From contig AP026679.1 in NCBI GenBank assembly GCA_025999155.1, forward strand, positions 163,996-227,995: 64,000 bases of DNA, read 5' to 3'. The notes beneath the pieces were generated by a model that saw only the letters and a list, made by a program, of their open reading frames with translations, ran no database searches and was not told the origin of the DNA. Source of the DNA: Candidatus Dojkabacteria bacterium. GTDB lineage: Bacteria; Patescibacteriota; Dojkabacteria; JAOAGR01. Position 1 is the first letter of the stretch. Each line of letters opens with the position of its first letter. Shown here piece by piece: positions 38,790 to 49,143 of the stretch. The position numbers were made by a program, and so were the translations under genes.

Positions 38790-39919
38790 TCAAATATTCC
38801 TTGTGAATAACCGAATATTCACCAAGTCAAAGTCCTCCCAATACTTAATAAAAAGATCATTTTTATTTGTCACATATATATTTTCTATCCAGGCATCTAA
38901 TAAGATCGTTTCTTTGCCATTCGCTAAATCTAATCTTATAAGTTTCTTTAGTGAGCGCATCTAATCTTCACTTTGTATAAATAAGAGATAATCAGAGTCT
39001 ATATAATACCTTCGCTATTTTGATCTCATTCAAATACTCCCACCCGAGACATTGCCAATTACAACAGATCATGGGGCACCGGTAAATTACATTCTTGACT
39101 TAAATTATGTACAATGCACCTTGCCCCATAGACACTAATTCTTCGTATCTACCAGTCGTCAAAATCTTACTCTTGAGAACATGAGTTACACCAATATCAT
39201 TCGCCCTACCACAATTCAAAAGAGAATCTGAAACTAACGTATGATATTGATCACCGTTACGATCAAAAGCGAAGGATACTACGTACCCATCACCAGTATC
39301 TACTACCGAGACATCGTTGTTATTTCCGACCAATTTACAATATTAGGAGCATCTGGTTATGCAAAATAGATTCTTTTCTTGAGTCATGACAGGATTGGCA
39401 TCCCCTTTTGGAGACATAAGACAGTTAGTTCCTAGGATTGATTTTAATTGTTCACTCGCCTTTATTGGATCCGTATCAATATACGAGATGCTTAGGCCTG
39501 TATTACTTCCATTCCTTACAACATAATCACCAAGACGACTAAATGTGTTGTCTTTATTTAATTGCTGAATAGAAAAAATACCATCAGCGACAGAAAAATC
39601 CACAATTTATTCATAAAAATTAAAGAATACCAAACTTCCAGCACTAAGCACTAACAAGTTTTTTAGAATCCCAAGATGCAGAAACTGTAATCTGATTTTC
39701 GTTATTATTAACTTCATTTTCGGACTGAGAATCTTATTTAGTGTAAACTGGACTACCAACCAAATACATTGCAATAAAAACGAATACTGACAATACAATT
39801 CCTATGAAAACAAGAACTGACATGCCGGATGTCACGTTTACCCTGAATTTAGCTGAAATGTAAGCAGAAAAAAGATCTTGATTTGTTAAGCGTTCTGAAA
39901 GATCTCATTTACTATTCAT
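38790..39919 (-). pseudogene. Decayed membrane-anchored surface protein, probable distant third paralog
   Basis: Track ORFs 39607-39798, 39343-39603 and 39100-39333 share one frame split by single TAA codons; an upstream frame gives a TM (MSVLVFIGIVLSVFVFIAMYLVG); the 3' part LIRLDLANGKETILLDAWIENIYVTNKNDLFIKYWEDFDL resembles the C-terminus of paralog A; span about 376 codons. Confidence 0.65.
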
Positions 39920-40063
39920 ATATTAATTATTTTTATATTATTCATACTATATCGCTTACTATGTTTAATTAATTGAATACTAAGATCAAGACAAACAAAG
40001 TATGATATCTTATAATGTCTAATTTCCAGAAGATCTTTTTTATCAAAAGTAGATTCTTACAAA

Positions 40064-40546
40064 ATGAAAGTCTCTGTCAATCCTGACAAGCCTACCAATG
40101 TACCGAAACAGTGCGAAGTTTACACAGACGGCGCATGCTCCGGTAATCCAGGGCCGGGAGGATGGTCCGCCATAATAGTCGATGCAAATGGTGTCCAAAA
40201 AATCCTAAAAGGCTCATCTGCTGAAACTACTAATAACCAAATGGAACTTACTGCATTTATAGAAGCACTATCTTACTTAAAAAATAAAAATGTCAAAATA
40301 ACCGTATACTCTGATTCAAAGTATCTTGTAGATGGTATTACTAAATGGTTATCAAATTGGAAAAAACGTAACTGGCAAACATCAGACGGTAAACCTGTGA
40401 AAAATATTGGTTTATGGCAGAAAATAGATACTCTTCTACAAAATAAATTTATTGAGTTAAAATGGGTTAAAGGTCATAGTCACAATCATTATAATGAGTT
40501 AGCAGACAAAATAGCAGTAGAACAAATTCCCAGGAATTTTGACTAA
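40064..40546 (+). CDS. rnhA: Ribonuclease HI
   Basis: YTDGACSGNPGPGGW, TTNNQMEL, SDSKY, WVKGH, NELADKIA. Confidence 0.96.
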   Translation: MKVSVNPDKPTNVPKQCEVYTDGACSGNPGPGGWSAIIVDANGVQKILKGSSAETTNNQMELTAFIEALSYLKNKNVKITVYSDSKYLVDGITKWLSNWKKRNWQTSDGKPVKNIGLWQKIDTLLQNKFIELKWVKGHSHNHYNELADKIAVEQIPRNFD

Positions 40547-40584
40547 AGAATCAATATATCAGATAATCCTTATGTAACATTAAT

Positions 40585-40659
40585 GACTCCATCGTATAGT
40601 GGTTAGTACATCGCCTTCTCAGGGCGAGAACCGGGGTTCGAATCCCCGTGGAGTCACCA
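40585..40659 (+). tRNA. tRNA-Glu(CTC)
   Basis: Acceptor GACTCCA/TGGAGTC, anticodon arm TCGCC-TT CTC AG-GGCGA, T-loop TTCGAAT, encoded ACCA. Confidence 0.96.
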
Positions 40660-40947
40660 ACCTTATTTGATTCAACCTGACACTTTATAAAAAGAGGAGA
40701 AGATAGTTATTTATCAGAAAAAGAACTTGTTCAATTAACAAGACGATATACTAATAATTCCCATAAGCCGTATCTGTCATGCAGAGATTGGGATAGATTC
40801 GACTAAACCTTTTAGAATCATCGATCAAAATCAGGAAATTTATAAAGAATTTATAGAATATTATCCAAAATACTTGGTCAAATAGTCAGCAATCTATCTC
40901 CCTGTAGATCCTTGGAGTCAGGATGTATGCGCTTACAATGTATGATA

Positions 40948-41523
40948 CTAATTAGATAAATATATCTTAGTCGCCCAAGGTTGCCAACCTTGTTCGAGAT
41001 ATATTTGCTTTGCTATTGAAATATTAATGTCAGGATTGAGTAATTTACTACAATCACCCTGAACTCTTCTACTATGCCATCTACAATTAATCTGAAATAG
41101 TCCCCAATCATTTGTGGGTGAAATAACATTCGTACGCAGACCGGACTCATACCTTGCGATAATTATGGCTTCATCACAATTCTCTACAAAAACCTGACAG
41201 ATTTTATTTCCTATTTCGCTTTGTGAATATATACCTACCATTGTTTCTTCTGCGGATCCCCGAAAGATTTTATTGGGAATAACAGGTGTATCGACAACCT
41301 CAGGTCTTGCTTGCTCCCTTGGAATATTTTGTGAGAACTGGACGGTAATATCTGGTAATACAAACTTCTTGGTGATTATGATCTCCTCCATATATTTTTT
41401 GTATCCATCACTCTGATTACTTGTACTTGCTCCATAGACAAGCATCGGAGATCTTGCGATCGCTAAAGTATATAGAGATAATACTACGTATAAACAGTAT
41501 TTCAAAACATTCTTACTTGACAT
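40948..41523 (-). CDS. Exported lysozyme-like / SLT-domain muralytic enzyme
   Basis: Signal/TM; IARYESG, DWGLFQIN, LLNPDINISIAKQIY, GWQPW. Confidence 0.8.
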   Translation of the reverse strand: MSSKNVLKYCLYVVLSLYTLAIARSPMLVYGASTSNQSDGYKKYMEEIIITKKFVLPDITVQFSQNIPREQARPEVVDTPVIPNKIFRGSAEETMVGIYSQSEIGNKICQVFVENCDEAIIIARYESGLRTNVISPTNDWGLFQINCRWHSRRVQGDCSKLLNPDINISIAKQIYLEQGWQPWATKIYLSN

Positions 41524-41762
41524 ATGGGAAAAAACGATAAAGAGATTCCTAAAGGAAAAAATTTACACTATATTAATTGTTAGTAACTGTCATAATTTAA
41601 AGCTACTATAAGTACTTAGTTAATAGATTATACAATAAATCTTACAAATTGTCATCAATTGAAGTCTACTTACCTTATCCTCATGTCATAATTTGTTGGA
41701 TATCTATATCGGCGTCAGAACCATGATAATAAAACAAGCAAGAAAACATGATACAATAAGCC

Positions 41763-42041
41763 ATGAAATACTTACTGTTAATATTAATAAAAATCTATCA
41801 ACAAACATTATCATTTGACCATGGTTTTCTTGGACGTTTATTCCCATCCGTACGAGTGTGTAGATATCACCCAAGCTGTTCTCAATATTCATATGAGGCA
41901 ATTCAGGAGTACGGAACATTCATAGGAGGCTTTTTATCAATCAAACGTATTATTAGCTGTAACCCATGGTCACAAGGAGGATACGAACCAGTGAGGAAAT
42001 TAAAATTAGGTAAAATTGCACAGATCCTAACTCGAATATAA
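41763..42041 (+). CDS. yidD: Membrane protein insertion efficiency factor
   Basis: IKIYQ..LS, CRYHPSCSQY, RIISCNPWSQGGYEPV. Confidence 0.93.
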   Translation: MKYLLLILIKIYQQTLSFDHGFLGRLFPSVRVCRYHPSCSQYSYEAIQEYGTFIGGFLSIKRIISCNPWSQGGYEPVRKLKLGKIAQILTRI

Positions 42042-42062
42042 TTATAAGCCATTGTATGCTCA

Positions 42063-43457
42063 ATGCTAGACAAACTACGAAAAGCAGACTCTATAATATT
42101 TATCTTTACAAGTTTGTTAACAAACATCGGGTTATTGACCCTTTACTCAATCACACTAACCAATAATGCAATACATGGACATCTCCAGAACGAATTCACT
42201 AATCAGCTAATTTACGGATTCATTGGTTTGGTACTGGCCTTTCTAATATTTTTAATTCCTTTAAATTATCTCCGTATAAAAGGGATTTTATTCGTGTTGT
42301 ACATAATTACCACTGTACTACTTATCTATACTTTAGTTTTTGGTGTTGAGATTAACGGAGTAAAAAGATGGATTAATATCGGTGGAACTGTATTGGAGAA
42401 TGGAACCATCGACGGAGGTATCACGATTCAGGCATCAGAATTTGCAAAGTTAACTTTAATCATGATTGTCTCGTCAATATTGTCTACAAATATCCAGCCA
42501 AGTGAGAGGAAATTCCTTCTGTTTAACAAGATTAAAAAATTTGTGAGCGAACATATACATATACTGTATGCGATCATTGCTGCAGCACTACTGATTGGAC
42601 TAATTTTCGCTCAAAAGTCTCTGAGCGTAGCAATAATCAATGCTTTTATTTTTTCTACCATCTTGTTAAGCAGTATCAAACAAAAAGTAAGATTTATATT
42701 ACTCTGTATATGTTTGATAGGAAGTCTAATTATAAGCCAAAATATTTTCTCTATCACCAATGAATGGAAACTGCTGATGGTCCTAATACTTTTTAGCATC
42801 TACTTACTAAATGTATATTTCAAATTCATTAGCCAATTATATCTCGTTTTGACCCTGATTGCTGGTATAATATCAGGCAGCCTGTTGTTCAACATCTTTT
42901 GGAACAATTTATTACAAGAATATCAAAGAGACAGAGTCGAAGCCTACCTCAGTCCAAACACAAACATACAAGCCGAAGACTATCAACAATATCAATCTAT
43001 TCTATCCATAGGCTCAGGACAAATATTTGGACAACGATTTGCTCAGGCAACAGATAACAGATTACTGCTTTTGCCTGAACCGACTACCGACTTTATATTT
43101 GCCATTTTTAGCTACAAATTCGGATTTGTAGGAGGTTTGATCCTGATATCATTATACACTGTACTGATAGTCAGACTATACTATTTATCAGATACGATGA
43201 ACGATCAATTCTCTAGCCTTGTTTTGGTGGGGATCGGTTCTATGATTATGATTCAGTGTTTTTTTAATATTGGTATGAATTTAGGTTTATTACCTGTAGG
43301 AGGTACTACATTACCTTTTGTAAGTGCTGGGGGGTCCTCATTAATATCCATGATGATAGCAATAGGTCTAGCTGAAAATATAATAGCTTCTAATAGACTA
43401 GAGAAAACAACTCTCCAGCGTAATGATAAAATACTCATAGAGGGTTGGAATCTATAA
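42063..43457 (+). CDS. SEDS family peptidoglycan polymerase (RodA/FtsW)
   Basis: NGVKRWI, QASEFAK, YQRDRV, IGSGQIFG, LPEPTTDFIF, NIGMNLGLLP.G.TLPFVSAGGSS. Confidence 0.92.
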   Translation: MLDKLRKADSIIFIFTSLLTNIGLLTLYSITLTNNAIHGHLQNEFTNQLIYGFIGLVLAFLIFLIPLNYLRIKGILFVLYIITTVLLIYTLVFGVEINGVKRWINIGGTVLENGTIDGGITIQASEFAKLTLIMIVSSILSTNIQPSERKFLLFNKIKKFVSEHIHILYAIIAAALLIGLIFAQKSLSVAIINAFIFSTILLSSIKQKVRFILLCICLIGSLIISQNIFSITNEWKLLMVLILFSIYLLNVYFKFISQLYLVLTLIAGIISGSLLFNIFWNNLLQEYQRDRVEAYLSPNTNIQAEDYQQYQSILSIGSGQIFGQRFAQATDNRLLLLPEPTTDFIFAIFSYKFGFVGGLILISLYTVLIVRLYYLSDTMNDQFSSLVLVGIGSMIMIQCFFNIGMNLGLLPVGGTTLPFVSAGGSSLISMMIAIGLAENIIASNRLEKTTLQRNDKILIEGWNL

Positions 43458-43464
43458 CACAATC

Positions 43465-44130
43465 CTAACTCTTATGTTCTAGTATAATTGAGTCTTTTGT
43501 CACAACAACATAAAACACTCTATCCCTGTCAGTGGCATTTTGACCTGCACTAGAAATAAAAGCACTCTGTACTAGCCAGTTAAAATTCTCGGAGTATTTG
43601 GAAAAATCTTCGATAAAAGTGTCGGGGCCCCCATTAAGATCGATAGCCTTAGCTTTGAAATTCTGACGGTCCGAAAGCTGATTAAAATCCGATCGTATTC
43701 GATAGACTTTATAAACAGGGCTAATATTTAACAATGATACCCAGTTCTGCCACCTAATGAAGTTAGCATCGATGAATACCTGATCGCCAGGCAATTCTAA
43801 CTCTAGAGTACTAACATCTGCTTGTCTTGGTAAAAAAGATAAAGCAGGATTTTCATCAAAAGGCACATAACGAACTCTTATGGTTGGGACCCCATCTTTG
43901 ATTATCTTTCTTGAAATATGCAACTCTGCAATAACTTGTTCTGCTGTCAATGCTTTGTAAGTATATAGCCAACCAGAAAATGCTAAAAAAGAACCTACGA
44001 AAATGAAAAGAGTGAGCACAACAATAACGCTAACTAATAACTCAAGAATATTTAAATGGGGGACTTTTGTTTTAGGCTTGATGACCTTTTGCACTGTCGC
44101 AGGTCGAGCAATCATATTTTGAGCATTCAT
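43465..44130 (-). CDS. Hypothetical membrane protein
   Basis: N-terminal TM followed by a globular region (LPGDQVFIDANFIRW); 221-aa ORF 7 nt downstream of 44138 gene. Confidence 0.6.
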   Translation of the reverse strand: MNAQNMIARPATVQKVIKPKTKVPHLNILELLVSVIVVLTLFIFVGSFLAFSGWLYTYKALTAEQVIAELHISRKIIKDGVPTIRVRYVPFDENPALSFLPRQADVSTLELELPGDQVFIDANFIRWQNWVSLLNISPVYKVYRIRSDFNQLSDRQNFKAKAIDLNGGPDTFIEDFSKYSENFNWLVQSAFISSAGQNATDRDRVFYVVVTKDSIILEHKS

Positions 44131-44137
44131 TTCGTTT

Positions 44138-45082
44138 TTAACTTCTTACTAACTTAAGAGTAGACAAATTTATCTTTCCTTCAATATAAATCTTCTTTGC
44201 TTTTTGTTCAAAATCTTCCGTCTCATAAATATTGTTATCTAGTTTCGTCAATCCAACCAAGTCCGTCTGTGAAAGAATAGAATCTACTGTCACTCTAATC
44301 CCGATATCTTTATCAACTTTTATATACATTCGAGATGTAGAAACATCGAGGTTGATTTTTAGATCATTATCGATGGTACCGTGCTCAATATTGATTGTCG
44401 CTGACGATGCTCTCACCAACCTAAGTTGTAAATTCTTAACGATATAATACCCCAAATCAGCATCTAAAGTGGATGATGATATATCGAAATCGATATTCCA
44501 TTTCGGCTTAGGATTCAGTTTGAGATCCAAGGAGTTTTTTTCAGAAATTATTTTCCAAGGAAATCTCTCTGAGTCAAAACGAATATCCACAGTTACAATA
44601 CCATTTTTTTCAGATTGAGTATAAATATATTCACCAAAAGTAGTCTTAGTATCATACTCTGTCAACGCATTTGTAGTCCCACGTAAATAAAAATCTCCTT
44701 TTTCGGCTTTAAAGACTAAATTTGCACGATCAATATCTTTTACAACATTGTCTTTACTTGATGTAAAATTGATACTCGGATTTACTTTACTCTGTTTATC
44801 GACATTTATTTTCGGTAAAAAAGGCAGGCTCTTACTATAAACAACGAGCAAAGAGAATAACACAAGCCCTACAAAAAAACCATTAATCGCCGTTATGATG
44901 TATGTAATTTTCCTACCTTTGAATAATATATATAAACCAATTAGTATTAAAATTATAGGCCAAAATAATAATGTAGTAGCAAAATTCATCCATGATAAAA
45001 GATAAAAATTGCTCAATAGAAACAAAAGCCCAACTGTAAGCAGAATGGTAAAAGCACCAAGATACCTATGACGCATTTGCAT
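44138..45082 (-). CDS. LiaF/DUF5668-type N-terminal membrane domain with beta-rich C-terminal (toast-rack-like) domain
   Basis: LLTVGLLFLLSNF...FWPIILILIGLYILF; repeated short beta strands. Confidence 0.65.
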   Translation of the reverse strand: MQMRHRYLGAFTILLTVGLLFLLSNFYLLSWMNFATTLLFWPIILILIGLYILFKGRKITYIITAINGFFVGLVLFSLLVVYSKSLPFLPKINVDKQSKVNPSINFTSSKDNVVKDIDRANLVFKAEKGDFYLRGTTNALTEYDTKTTFGEYIYTQSEKNGIVTVDIRFDSERFPWKIISEKNSLDLKLNPKPKWNIDFDISSSTLDADLGYYIVKNLQLRLVRASSATINIEHGTIDNDLKINLDVSTSRMYIKVDKDIGIRVTVDSILSQTDLVGLTKLDNNIYETEDFEQKAKKIYIEGKINLSTLKLVRS

Positions 45083-45298
45083 ATTTTAATTGTAACAATA
45101 AAAATGAGTTATTTCGAGTCAAGGCATCCTGTGAATCACATATCGTTATTTCCGCAAGTCAAATAAAAAGATACTAAATATACAAACTTAGAAAACAGGT
45201 TTTTTTTGAATTGATCTAGTCTTTGCATAAAAGATCTTTACAAAGACATTAATTTACAGCCAGCTATTAAATATTATATTTTGCTTTATAATCAAAAA

Positions 45299-47479
45299 AT
45301 GGATTATTCACACATAAAATTAATAGAAGACCTTCCTATCAGTAAATACGAAGCCCAAATAGCGTCAGAATTAAGAAAACAAGGGAATCTTATTATAATA
45401 GGAGAAACTGGATCAGGTAAAACAACCCAAATCCCATTAATTCTTTTAAAAGAACTTTCCCAGTTTCAAGATTTAACAATGGGTAAAATTGCAATTACGG
45501 AACCACGCCGAATCGCAGCAACATCAGTAGCTAGCTATGTAGCTCAATTAATAGGAGAGAATTTGGGTCAAACCATAGGGTATAAAATCCGTTTTAACCA
45601 GATCACATCAGACTCAACAAAAGTCATCTTTATGACAGATGGTATTTTATTGAGAGAAATCCAATTAGATCCCTTACTTCTCAATTATTCTGTTGTTATG
45701 GTTGACGAAGCGCATGAACGTAATATAAATTCGGACTTTTTAATAGGACTTTTAGTCGATATACAGCAACAGCGTACAGAACAAGAATTAGTTCCTCTTA
45801 AAATCATTGTTACCTCTGCTACTCTTGAAAAAGATAAATTTATAGATTTTTTTCATAAAGAAAGTAGGGAAGAACTATCCATTATCGAGGTACCTGGAAA
45901 GTTATTTAATGTGACAAGTTTCTACGAAAGAAAGGAAGTTTATGATTATACTAAAAGAGCAGCAGAAATAGTCCAAGACATATGCACCAACAATAGCAAA
46001 ACACGAAGAACATATTTGCAAGGAGTTACAATACCGCAAAACGGGGACATACTAATATTCATGCCAGGTAAAGGAGAAATCGAAAGGACAAAAATGGCTT
46101 TATTAGGTTTAAAAAACTTTGCAGATATGAATCTCGATGTAATTACTATACATGGTGATTTACCCATAGAAGAACAAAATAAAATATTTAAACAGACAAG
46201 TAAAAGAAAAGTAGTCATAGCTACAAATATTGCTGAGACTTCGCTTACTGTACCTGGTATAGTTTTTGTGATCGATTCAGGGCTAATAAAGGTAATGGAA
46301 TTTAATCCTCATGCTGGAATAAATTCTTTAATCACAAAGCCTCATGCCCAAAAAGGTTTAGAACAGAGAAAAGGTAGAGCAGGAAGAATTTGTGAAGGCT
46401 TTTATTTCGGTTTATATACAGAACAATCATTAAAATTAAGGCCAGAATTTCCAGAACCAGAAATACTTAGATCTTCTCTCACCCAAGTAATCTTAGTCAT
46501 GAAACGAATAGGTATTAATAACATTTATAATTTCAAGTTTATAGACCATCCAGACGATAAAAATATCACGGCCTCAATATTAGAATTAAAAAGACTAGGA
46601 GCTTTAGACAGAAATGAGAACATCACAACGAAAGGCATCACTATGGCCAGTCTGCCAATAGAACCCAGACTAGCAAACCTCATACTTGAAGCTCATGAAA
46701 ATTATTGTGTAGAAACCATTTGTACAATAGCTTCTTTTCTCGAATTGAAGCCTGTATTTCTGCAATTAACAGAAGAAGAGATATATAAAAATCTTATTAA
46801 CGAAAAGTTATCTGAATTAGAAGGAGAAAATGATATCAGCAGTTTATCTGAAGACATTTTGTATGCGCTAAAAGAACATAGTGTAAGAATTTTTGAGGAA
46901 TATCAAAGAGCTTATAAAAAATTTGTACATAAAAGTTCAGATTTATTTACTCTCCTGAATATTTTTAACTCATGGATCCAAAATGAAAAACGGCCCGAGT
47001 GGGCAATATCTAATTTTTTATCCATTGAAACTCTAGATGAAGCAACAAATATAAGAGAAGAGTTGTTAGATATAGCTAAACAAAATAATTTAGGAGATAG
47101 AGATAAAAATACATCAAACTGGAAGAATCGAGTAGAAAAAACTCTAGTATCAGCATTTAAATTTAATTTACTTGCTAGGCAAACAAATGGCTTGTATAGA
47201 AATTTAGTGACTAAAGAAAAAAATATTCGTATTCATAATTCTAGTGTATTATCCGGATCTAAACCCAAGTATGCTATCGCATTTGAAATAATAGAAATTC
47301 AAGATATAGATTCAAAACCTAAATTAAGTGCAAAATTCTTACATGCATTAGATGATCTAAAGTTAAAGTTGTATTTTCCTAAGCTTTATAAGCAAGAACT
47401 AAAGCAGCAAAAACTCAGCAAAAGGCATAAGAAACTAAGGTTCAAAAACAAAAGAATGTACCGTAAATATTATCGATAA
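45299..47479 (+). CDS. DEAH-box ATP-dependent RNA helicase (HrpA-like)
   Basis: GETGSGKTT, EPRRIAA, TDGILL, DEAHER, SAT, ATNIAETSLT, QRKGRAGR; ATG 45299 preferred over TTG 45281. Confidence 0.92.
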   Translation: MDYSHIKLIEDLPISKYEAQIASELRKQGNLIIIGETGSGKTTQIPLILLKELSQFQDLTMGKIAITEPRRIAATSVASYVAQLIGENLGQTIGYKIRFNQITSDSTKVIFMTDGILLREIQLDPLLLNYSVVMVDEAHERNINSDFLIGLLVDIQQQRTEQELVPLKIIVTSATLEKDKFIDFFHKESREELSIIEVPGKLFNVTSFYERKEVYDYTKRAAEIVQDICTNNSKTRRTYLQGVTIPQNGDILIFMPGKGEIERTKMALLGLKNFADMNLDVITIHGDLPIEEQNKIFKQTSKRKVVIATNIAETSLTVPGIVFVIDSGLIKVMEFNPHAGINSLITKPHAQKGLEQRKGRAGRICEGFYFGLYTEQSLKLRPEFPEPEILRSSLTQVILVMKRIGINNIYNFKFIDHPDDKNITASILELKRLGALDRNENITTKGITMASLPIEPRLANLILEAHENYCVETICTIASFLELKPVFLQLTEEEIYKNLINEKLSELEGENDISSLSEDILYALKEHSVRIFEEYQRAYKKFVHKSSDLFTLLNIFNSWIQNEKRPEWAISNFLSIETLDEATNIREELLDIAKQNNLGDRDKNTSNWKNRVEKTLVSAFKFNLLARQTNGLYRNLVTKEKNIRIHNSSVLSGSKPKYAIAFEIIEIQDIDSKPKLSAKFLHALDDLKLKLYFPKLYKQELKQQKLSKRHKKLRFKNKRMYRKYYR

Positions 47480-47482
47480 AAT

Positions 47483-48775
47483 TTAGCTTGGTAACGGGAA
47501 ATTCCTAACGTACTCCCGTACTTCATCCCTTAATAGTTGTATTTGTCGTTCATCATGACGAATGTCTACTACGTGACGAATCCATTTGGCGATTTGTAGC
47601 ATACTGTCTTCTTTCATACCACGTGTGGTAATGGCAGGTGTACCTATACGTAGGCCGGAAGGATCAAATGGAGATCTTGTGTCATCCGGGACCATACTTT
47701 TACTTGCTGTCAAACCAATCTTATCAAGTAAAACCTCTAACTCACCACCTGATAACCCGAAAGAGGCAATAGCGTCTATAATCATCATATGATTCTCCGT
47801 ACCTCCAGTAACTAATTTAAAACCTAAGTTTGTTAATTCCTGAGCTAATACTTTAGCATTACGCATTACCTGTTTTGCATACTCTTTGAATTCGGGTTGT
47901 AAAGCTTCTTGAAATGCTACTGCTTTTGCAAAAATAATATTCATCAAAGGACCGCCTTGTAAACCTGGAAAAACAGTACGATCAATAAGAGTAGGGAGGT
48001 TTTCTACCTTTTTTTCAACATTTTTAAGAGGATTAGATACAACCCCTTTTGTCAAAATCATACCTCCTCTAGGACCTCTCAGAGTTTTGTGTGTCGTCGT
48101 AGAAACTATTTGAAACCCATAATCAAAAGGATTTCGCATTTCCCCTGCAGCTACTAAGCCGGCAATATGAGCAATATCTGCCCAAGCTACAGCACCGACC
48201 TCATCGGCAACAGATTTTACAAAACCGTAATCTATATCTCGTGTATATGCTGAGTATCCTACTAGAATAAGCTTTGGTTGATTTTTAAGTGCTATATCTC
48301 GAAGCTGATTATAGTCGATATCTCCTGTTTCTGTATCAATTCCATACCTTACAAAATTAAATAATTTTGCTAATTTAGTCACCGGGCTACCATGAGTCAA
48401 ATGACCACCATGATCCAAGCGCATTCCTAAAACAGTGTCACCCGGCTCAAGCCAACTGAAGTATACGGCAGTATTGGCAATCGCCCCTGACAATGGTTGT
48501 ACATTAGCATGATCACACTTGAATAAAGTTTTAGCTCTTTCTATAGCAATAGTCTCAATTTGATCAGTATTTTCTTGCCCTCCATAATATCTTTTACCTG
48601 GATATCCTTCGGAATACTTATTAGTAAATACAGTACCTAATGCTTCCAATACAGCTGTACTAACATAATTTTCTGAAGCTATGAGCTCTAAACCATCCGA
48701 TTGTCTTCTTACTTCAGCTTGCAAAATATTAAATAATAAAGGGTCAATTTTTCTTAATGATTTATAATCAATCAT
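47483..48775 (-). CDS. glyA: Serine hydroxymethyltransferase
   Basis: ELIASEN, NKYSEGYPGKRYYGG, GGHLTHG, TTTHKTLRGPRGG, SGLRIGTPA. Confidence 0.97.
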   Translation of the reverse strand: MIDYKSLRKIDPLLFNILQAEVRRQSDGLELIASENYVSTAVLEALGTVFTNKYSEGYPGKRYYGGQENTDQIETIAIERAKTLFKCDHANVQPLSGAIANTAVYFSWLEPGDTVLGMRLDHGGHLTHGSPVTKLAKLFNFVRYGIDTETGDIDYNQLRDIALKNQPKLILVGYSAYTRDIDYGFVKSVADEVGAVAWADIAHIAGLVAAGEMRNPFDYGFQIVSTTTHKTLRGPRGGMILTKGVVSNPLKNVEKKVENLPTLIDRTVFPGLQGGPLMNIIFAKAVAFQEALQPEFKEYAKQVMRNAKVLAQELTNLGFKLVTGGTENHMMIIDAIASFGLSGGELEVLLDKIGLTASKSMVPDDTRSPFDPSGLRIGTPAITTRGMKEDSMLQIAKWIRHVVDIRHDERQIQLLRDEVREYVRNFPLPS

Positions 48776-49037
48776 TATTGTTCTCTTTACGAATGTAAGT
48801 CTCTAATTGATTAACCTTGTTATCAAGTTCAATTAACATGGAACCTAAATAAATAATACTAGCTAATAATCCAATTAAAACCAATCCTATCACTAACTCT
48901 AATGTAATCAATGGACCTGTGACAAAGTAAGTTATACAACTAACTACAATTAATGTAACTAATAGAACGAAATGAAACTTGTAAACCTTTTTAAACTTTT
49001 TTACAATCTCTCTACTAGCTGTCATCGGCATTAACAT
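48768..49037 (-). CDS. Small 2-TM membrane protein
   Basis: Two hydrophobic segments, coiled-coil-like tail, overlaps the glyA start. Confidence 0.6.
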   Translation of the reverse strand: MLMPMTASREIVKKFKKVYKFHFVLLVTLIVVSCITYFVTGPLITLELVIGLVLIGLLASIIYLGSMLIELDNKVNQLETYIRKENNND

Positions 49038-49143
49038 TTATTATTCACCATAGATTGTATATAATCCTGCTATCAAAATAAACTCATCGAATGAAAACAA
49101 TAGTCTTTTCATCTTTATACTTTAATGAAAGGTCTATATTATC

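Noticed and set aside
38790-39919. Stop-codon reassignment (e.g. code 25)
   Set aside because: Interruptions mix TAA, TAG, TGA and frameshifts; cca and pcrA end in TGA and long genes translate cleanly in code 11
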